Of a stretch of 64,000 nucleotides of DNA, positions 56,919 to 64,000 are shown in pieces; position 1 is the first letter of the stretch; each line of letters begins with the position of its first letter. Both the position numbers and the translations under genes were made by a program. Source of the stretch: Octopus vulgaris (lineage: Eukaryota); the NCBI GenBank assembly GCA_951406725.2, contig OX597816.1, positions 152,954,001 through 153,018,000 on the forward strand. The letters are read 5' to 3'. A model generated the notes under the pieces. It did not search any database, was not told the origin of the DNA, and saw only the letters and a program-made list of their open reading frames with translations.

Positions 56919-57313
56919 AAGCTGGCAGAAACGTTAGCACGCCGGGCGATATGCTTAGCGGTATTTCGTCTGCCGTTACGTTCTGAGTTCAAGTTTCGCC
57001 GTGGTCGACTTTGCCTTTCATCCTTTCGGGGTCCATAAATTAAGTACCAGTTACGCACAGGGGTCGATGAAATCGACTTAATCTGTTTGTCTGTCCTTGT
57101 TTGTCCTCTCTGTGTTTAGCCCCTTGTGGGTAGTAAAGAAATAGGTATTTCGTCTGTCTTTACGTTATGAGTGCAAATTCCGCCGAGGCTGACTTTGCCT
57201 TTCATCATTTCGGAGTCGATAAATTAAGTACCAGTTGCGTTCTGGGTCGATCTAATAGACTGCCCCACCCACTCTCCCAAAATTTCGTCGTGCCTTGTGC
57301 CTAGAGTAGAAAA
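56919..57313 (+). mobile_element. Composite (1.5-mer) SINE family A copy
   Basis: Same architecture as 48581-48975. Confidence 0.85.
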
Positions 57314-57671
57314 GTATATATATGTGTGTGTGTACATATATATATGTACATACATACATACATATATATATATATATAAACACGCACACACAGCAACACA
57401 CCACAAACAGCCGGCAATGAACCTAAATTTTACAAACTATGCATACAATTTAATACAAAAGGTAAGATCAAATACAATGTGCCATACCTGACATGACACA
57501 AAAATAAATAAACGGAAAGTAGATTATGAAATATAAAGAGTTGAAGCACTGAGATGGACGTGGGAGGATAGAGAAACTATAGAGAGAAAGAAATATTGGA
57601 ATGTGTGTCTGTGTGTAAGTCATCTAATAGTCCATAAGTCAAGAATGGAATATATATATATATATATATAT

Positions 57672-57773
<102 letters not shown>

Positions 57774-58153
57774 GTAGGCGTGGCTGTGTGGTAAGAAGCT
57801 TGCTTCCCAACCACATGTTTTCCGGGTTCAGTTTCACTGCTTGGTACCTTGGGCAAATATCTTCTAGTATAGCCTCGGACCGACAAAAGCCTTGTGAGTG
57901 GATTTGGTAGACGGAAGCTGAAAGAAGCCCGTCGTATGTCTATATTTGTGTGTTTGCGTTTCTGTTTGTCCATTGCTTGACAACCAATCAATCTTGGTGC
58001 GTTTACGTCCCCGCAACTTAGCATTTCGACAAACGACACCAATAGAATAAGTACCAGGCTTACAAAGAATAAGTCCAGAGGTCAATTTCTTCGACTAAAA
58101 GGTGGTGATACAGTATGGCTACTGTCAAAACGACTGAAACAAGTTAGAGAATA
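57774..58153 (+). mobile_element. tRNA-derived CORE-type SINE, family B (full length)
   Basis: A-box TGGCTGTGTGGTAAG, B-box-like GGGTTCAGTTTC, CORE-like ACCTTGGGCAA, LINE-like tail ending TGAAACAAG. Confidence 0.85.
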
Positions 58154-58183
58154 AATATATACAAAAACAATATATGTATATAT

Positions 58184-58260
<77 letters not shown>

Positions 58261-58521
58261 TTTGTATATATTTATTCTTTTACTTGTTTCAGTCATATAT
58301 ATATATATGTGTGTGTGTGGATGTATGTATGCATATATATATATATTGAAAAGGGTGCATGACGGAACGAAAATTTTAAGAAAAGAAAATATATGAGGGG
58401 AAACTTTACCAGTTAGTGTGTGAGATAATAAGGCACTAAAAGAGAATGATTTTCCCCAGATGCAACAAAATATGCTTCAACACAGGAACTCACATAAAGA
58501 ATCCAAAAACGATTTATATAT

Positions 58522-58883
58522 ATAAAGTGATGGTTTGTTACCAACCTAATGTGGCAACTTATTTAGCCCCAAGAAACACCGTTTCTAGTTGGCTACGTGA
58601 CACAAGCATTCTGTGTCCTTAGGTTTTCAAACAAGGGAGATAAGCATCTCCACCCGACAAAGCTACCATACAGAGACTAGTTTCAGGGTAGTTGCCCTTC
58701 ATCAGTCTGGAGTAGCTTCGCCTTGCTAGCTGTCGGTGCTAAATCGGTGTTGAAAATTTAAGGACAGAGAAAGCTTGTGTCACGTAGCCAACTAGAAATG
58801 GTGTTTCTTGGGACTAAATAGCAGTAGCGTTCTTCCCTTTCCTGGGACTACGACATTAAGTTGGCAACAAAACATCACTTTAT
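58522..58883. repeat. ~360-nt fold-back element with an apical hammerhead
   Basis: Outer arms 58522-58552 / 58853-58883 (about 28/31) and inner arms 58560-58630 / 58750-58820 (about 65/71), counted by eye. Confidence 0.9.
58671..58709 (-). ncRNA. Canonical minimal type I hammerhead ribozyme
   Basis: CAGA-CTGATGA-AGGG caacta CCCT-GAAA-CTAG-TC-TCTG; GUC cleavage triplet; palindromic stem III; stem I extended by AAGCTAC/GTAGCTT. Confidence 0.85.
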
Positions 58884-58952
58884 CGTGCTGCTACTGCATA
58901 ACTCTCTCAGATATTTAGAAATGCAATGTTTCTAATTTTGATACATACATAC

Positions 58953-59009
<57 letters not shown>

Positions 59010-60740
59010 TGAACTATTGTACCGAATTCAATTCTGTTTCGGCAATGGTGATGTGGGGCGGGCTCTACTCTTCCTAAGGAGCTGGTTGGTGTACGACTTC
59101 AGTCTTTTTCAAGCTTACTTCCAACCTGTCTGGAATTTCATGAGGAAATTTCTATTGCCTCTGGCCCATATTGATGTAGAATTGTGGTAAAGGGGTTTAC
59201 CACATCAAAAGCTACAATATCATTGTTTATGGATTTAGGGTTGATTTAACAGGTCCAGGTCGTCCCTAATAAGACTTGGTATGTATTTTGAAATAAGTTC
59301 CAATAATATATCTAAAAAGTTGCTGTGCCTGTGTGTTTCACAGTTCGGGCCTGCTAGGATTGGTCAGAGTTTAAGGTCAGTGGGATATTGTATGGTCATG
59401 CAACTTAAAGTTGGTTCTTTACATGCATTCTTAATAGTTTGATTCTTATAGATTTTGGGGAAACCGTAGAAGTAGCTAGTCTTGCAATTAAAATGGGTTA
59501 GGTAGTCACATTCTTTGTTAAACCTTTTTGATGTCTGTGAATGTGTGCGTTCAGTTTAGTTATTGTCTTTGATTTTTGGTAATTATTTACCTTTTTGTAG
59601 TAGGTCATATCTTGTAATGTAGATAGTATATCTGTTTTGTAGTGTTCAATATCCATAGTAACTATAACACTTTCCTTATCTGCTTCCTTAATTGTAATGT
59701 CATCATTGTTTTTCAGTTCGCGTATAGTATCCCATTGCTTTTGACTGGTATTGGGTATTGGGCTTACTTTTAGGGTGTGGAAGCTCTTTGTAAGGGAAGG
59801 TAAATATAAAAATCACAAAATTTATCTAAAGCTTTAGTCTTATCTTTCGTAGGATTGTAATCGCTTTTGTTTCTTACAAGTGATTCGTCCCTGTTTTCTT
59901 TATCGAACAATTCCTCTGTTAGACGTAGTTTTCTACATATCTCTGAAATATCGTGCTGTATTTCATTGGAGTTAGGGTACTGTGGTGTTTGGGTAAATTT
60001 TAGGCCTTTTGATGAGTTTTTTGGATAGGTTAACTATTTTCAGTTTCTTATCTTCGGTTTGTATCATCTGGTGTCGAGAACTCGGTCGGTTGGACCTTTT
60101 ATTACTATTTATATATCCGAGGACATTTTCTTTGTTAACTTGCTCCCTTTTGTATCGATTTCGTGCATTTTGTTGTTCTGCATTGTGGTAGTTTCTCTCT
60201 GTAATTGTTTTTAAGTTGATATTTTTATCCGTTGTGTGTGTGTGTCTTCGGCTTTGGAGAAAGTTCAGTCCAATCGGAGGGAAAACTTCTTTTATTTGGA
60301 TTATTTTGTTGTCTAAGTAGTCTTTAATTGTTCCTATGAAACTGGTGAATATAATTTCCATACTTAAGTGTTTGATTAATCGGTTGCGAATGGTGTTTGT
60401 GGATTTTAACTTCCTTTAGAAATGAATTATCGGTAGATTTTAACTTTCTTCAGGAATGGGTTATCTTTTTTCAAACGAGATTCAGAATTGGAGAACCAAA
60501 GAACATTTCTCTTTCACCTTTGAAGAGAGGTTAATTCCTCGTTCTCACATTTTTCTTTCCCGAGTTTAATATTGTTTTCTCGGCTTTCGGATGTTTTTGA
60601 AATTTGTTTGCATTTGTGCGTCAATTGTTTAAATTTTTATTCGTTGGAATTTACTCCTAGTAGTAGTAGTTGGGTTTCCATTCTGAATTTATCGAGAGCC
60701 GTCTTTTCTCTAGGTTTTTGCTGTTCTTCGGGTTCATTAG
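59010..60740 (-). pseudogene. Degenerate Penelope-like element reverse transcriptase (N-terminal half)
   Basis: IVNLSK, GLKFTQTP, NDDITIKEADKESVIV, FYGFPKIYK, L*PILAGP, VAFDVV match PLE motifs KGLxF, IKxADKG, FYGLPKIHK, RPI, SFDV. Confidence 0.82.
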
Positions 60741-60753
60741 CGATATGTTTTGC

Positions 60754-60798
<45 letters not shown>

Positions 60799-60866
60799 GG
60801 AGTAAACACATAAATGTGAAACAAGGTGGAAAAAAGAGTACTCAAATACCAGTGGTAGAGTAAAAA

Positions 60867-60904
60867 CTGTCTGATGAACGGCAACGAGAAACTCAGAGTA
60901 ACAG
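60867..60904 (+). ncRNA. Minimal type I hammerhead ribozyme motif in a pLTR-like piece (60796-60938)
   Basis: CTGT-CTGATGA-A CG gcaa CG A-GAAA-CTCAGAG-TA-ACAG; stem II closing pair is A-A. Confidence 0.7.
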
Positions 60905-60936
60905 ATTTTGTTGAATTTTCTGCTGCTTTAAATAAA

Positions 60937-60991
<55 letters not shown>

Positions 60992-61003
60992 CATACATAT
61001 ATA

Positions 61004-61215
61004 CGACGGGCTGCTGAAAAGTTCCTGGCGCGGGATAAAAGAAAATTCAAGGGAATCAGTTAATCAGGATTTTATTCAACATATTACCCTCTCAGATTCA
61101 CACACTTATTGTAGCGGTCCTTCAGTTTTTCTAAGTTCTGTAAAAGAACTCGAAACTTTGGGCCTTCAGACTTTCGCGATACCCTTTAAGACAGGACCTT
61201 TTCAGCGCCCCTTCG
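61004..61215 (-). mobile_element. Mariner-derived MITE (internal deletion derivative)
   Basis: TIRs CGACGGGCTGCTGAAAAGTTCCTG / CGAAGGGGCGCTGAAAAGGTCCTG, TA on both sides; internal LKDRYNKCVNLRG*YVE* is a mariner C-terminus. Confidence 0.8.
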
Positions 61216-61234
61216 TATGTATATATATATTTTT

Positions 61235-61462
61235 CAAGAAAGGGAGCCGCGAAGACCCGCTTAACTACCGACACGGTTGTGGATCCGTGGAATAAGCTGC
61301 CGGACGAGATAGTGAAAATGCCGACGACCGCTCGGTTCAAAGTCTCTCTTGACCAGAAATGGCCTGAACTCTTTGCATGAACACCCTCCCTGTACATAAC
61401 TCCATGTCCCCCTACATGGCCTTGCTTTTTGCTTTTTGAGCCAAAAAATTAACTTAACTTAA

Positions 61463-61465
<3 letters not shown>
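61235..61465 (+). mobile_element. CR1-type LINE 3' end with (AACTT)n tail
   Basis: VVDPWNKLPDEIVKMPTTARFKVSLDQKW, short UTR, aacttaacttaactt. Confidence 0.75.
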
Positions 61466-61499
<34 letters not shown>

Positions 61500-62360
61500 G
61501 ACAGGAATACATAGACACCTTTATAAACATTCTTTAAATCTGGTATTATTCATTCAAATTATGTATTAATTGTTATAATGTGAATATATATAAGCGTAAA
61601 TTAGGTAGGTGTTGTACTGAATGACGTACGCAAAACATTCTTGACACATTGAAATCTACTTTAATGTATGCCATTATTGGTCCGTTTGAGTTATTTGTAC
61701 CTTAGCCTGTCTTTTTATTCATTGCTCGTGCCTCCGTGTTTGTGTGTGTGTTTGTGTGTGTGCTTGCGTGTTCACGTATGCGTATGTATATGAGAAAGAG
61801 GGAAGAGAGAGAGAGAGAGAGAGAGAGGTTGAGAAATAGAGAAAATGAAAAAACTATACCATTCGACTCACAGACATGAAATTATCCATATAAACCAGAG
61901 TCCCTCCCACCACCACCACATACACACATGACATACGTTTTCAGATATTTTCCCATGTCACTTCCTGACATCATTGTTGTTGCTCAGACGATTCTCGAAC
62001 GTTCACCCATTTCGACACAGTGCAACTCACTGCTGCCGCCACCTCCACCACCACTAGCACATCACTATGTTATTCACTAGTAAGTACATACCACCACTCC
62101 GACACTACAAAATACATTCTATCACCATTATTCTTGTTCCCAAGTCGGACATACCGTTAGAACACTAACCAACGGCCATCAACTCTACAGCTGTACCCAT
62201 TTTTTTAATTAATGACTTGTATGGGGCGAGGTATTTCCTTATGCAACCACAATATACTATATAGTATATTAAAAACTTTTTATAAGTTAATACTGTGTTC
62301 TATTATGTAAGCAGTGCGCTTAACGTCGTTTATTAAGGTTATCTCTACAGATATTCTGTA

Positions 62361-62464
62361 GAAATTATAACCAGCACTGACCTTTGCTACGACCTTTCGT
62401 ATTCGAGATATCTGACGCCTTGGATACGAAACGTCGTAACAAAATCAGTGCTGGCTATAATTTC
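62361..62464. repeat. Diverged ~46-bp-arm palindrome carrying the 3' half of a hammerhead in each arm
   Basis: Arms 62361-62407 / 62419-62464; right arm GAAA-CG-TC, left arm (minus) GAAA-GG-TC. Confidence 0.7.
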
Positions 62465-62904
62465 TTATATAACCACTTATTGTAATAACTTAGGCGAGAA
62501 AAAGACGATATCCATAACCTTTTTTAACTCTTCCAATACTTGTGGGAGAAAAGCAAGAAGTTCTTCTATAAAAAACCTGGTTCGAATCCCAAGGGTCCGG
62601 TGTTTGTATTCAAATAGAAGAAGGATCAAGTCTATCACACAAGATTTGGTACAGTCGACTTCGCCTGGTTCAGTTTCTGTCTGCCGAACTTTACTTATAA
62701 ATATTTGGCTGATCTGAACTATGGCATAAAATACTTGTCTAAAGTACCTCGCAGTGGGGTCGAACGAATCCAAAGCACACAGCTACGAAGACACACCTAT
62801 GTCACAGCAATACCTGTCCCATCAATATACCAACGTATAATATAGGTAGCTATGCACTTTATACTGTTATCTGACTCAAAGTGGGTGAGGTCACTTGATG
62901 ATAG

Positions 62905-63058
62905 AAATCTCAATTTATCCAGATGTTGATGTACCGCTCACGGCGGCGTTGGAGAGAGTAGAGTTTCAAGGCTTTAAGGTGGTCCCAATAATCGAGATCA
63001 GTTATGCCTTCAATTCGTTTAATGAGTCCTCTCTGGGGTGATTCAATCCTTGAGATGT
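62905..63058 (-). pseudogene. CR1-type LINE ORF2 C-terminal fragment
   Basis: IESPQRGLIKRIEGITDLDYWDHLKALKLYSLQRRRERY, homologous to the C-terminus of the 54.7-56.8 kb LINE. Confidence 0.8.
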
Positions 63059-63256
63059 TTATATATATATATATATATAAAACTACTCCCATCCAACATG
63101 GATGCGATTACCAACATTGTTAAGTGAATCGCTTGGAAAATGTGAACCATACCGCAAGATACCGTTGGTAGCACTATTAATCCACAAAGAATATTTATTC
63201 ATCAAATGCGGTGTTTTGCACTCATTCTCACTGTTCCATACTATCGTTTACATATA

Positions 63257-63298
<42 letters not shown>

Positions 63299-64000
63299 TG
63301 TGTACCTACATGCACAAATATACGCACACGTATGTGTGTGTGAGCGAGTTTGTGCGAGTGTGTGTGCATTGGCAGGTTTACTTTGACTTACTTTAGATTT
63401 GCAACCTGAAAAGCTTTTGAAGTGGAACCGTTACTGCTTAGTAACTAACGGTATTCTCTTTCAGCCACACGAGTTTATTTAATTCTCAAATTCAACAGTT
63501 AAGGGTTTGAAAATCCAGAATGTACAGGAAAAATTATATTTTAGGCAGCAGAGAGCCTTAACACAGACACCTGATCTTTTAGAAATAACTGTCAAATATC
63601 CTTCAAATCATACAGTCGTCATGAGCAAGCAGAACACAAGGAATAATGTGATTCTAGATTGTGGTGTTCCTGAAAAAAAGGACGGTCGCGGCTGGAATTC
63701 CTTAGACCATACGTTTGCCATGTCAGTACTGACCTGTTGTTTAAACTTAGATATACTTAGATATGTTTCGACCAAAGATTAGTCCAGGCCATGTCTAACT
63801 CAACAGCACCTATATATATAAACATCTCGACAGAGGGCACTCACTAAACAAATTGAAGAATTCAAGTAAACAAAACGATCGTCAATTATATCGTGCACCT
63901 ACCAAATATGATGATGAAGCGAACCTGTACACACTTAATATGCATACCTCTTGTGGTCAGAATTTCGACTGAGGAGGCTATCATTTATCGAAATGGGTAC

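Overview
AT-rich animal genomic DNA saturated with microsatellites. The repeat repertoire (tRNA-derived CORE-type and Meta/MESC-like SINEs, RTE, CR1, Dong/R4 and Tx1 LINEs, Penelope-like elements, Tc1/mariner, hAT, Helitron and Academ-like remnants) suggests an octopus or related cephalopod; this is inference, no database search was run. I found no host protein-coding gene, rRNA, bona fide tRNA or CRISPR array, and the many YI/HT/CV-rich ORFs are translations of microsatellites. The best-preserved elements are a full-length but pseudogenised DD34E Tc1 (9733-11429), a nearly complete RTE LINE (37760-40794), a 5'-truncated CR1-type LINE (54684-56770) and a degenerate Penelope RT (59010-60740). 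The most interesting signal is a set of minimal type I hammerhead ribozyme (HHR) motifs from several sequence families. They recur in outward-facing head-to-head fold-backs, mostly in or beside (TA)n: a ~4 kb palindrome with an HHR at each end (29149-33170), three small palindromes (52841-53121, 53965-54154, 62361-62464), and a ~360 nt rod-like hairpin with a canonical GUC hammerhead at its apex (58522-58883). All coordinates, alignments and folds were read by eye and need computational confirmation.
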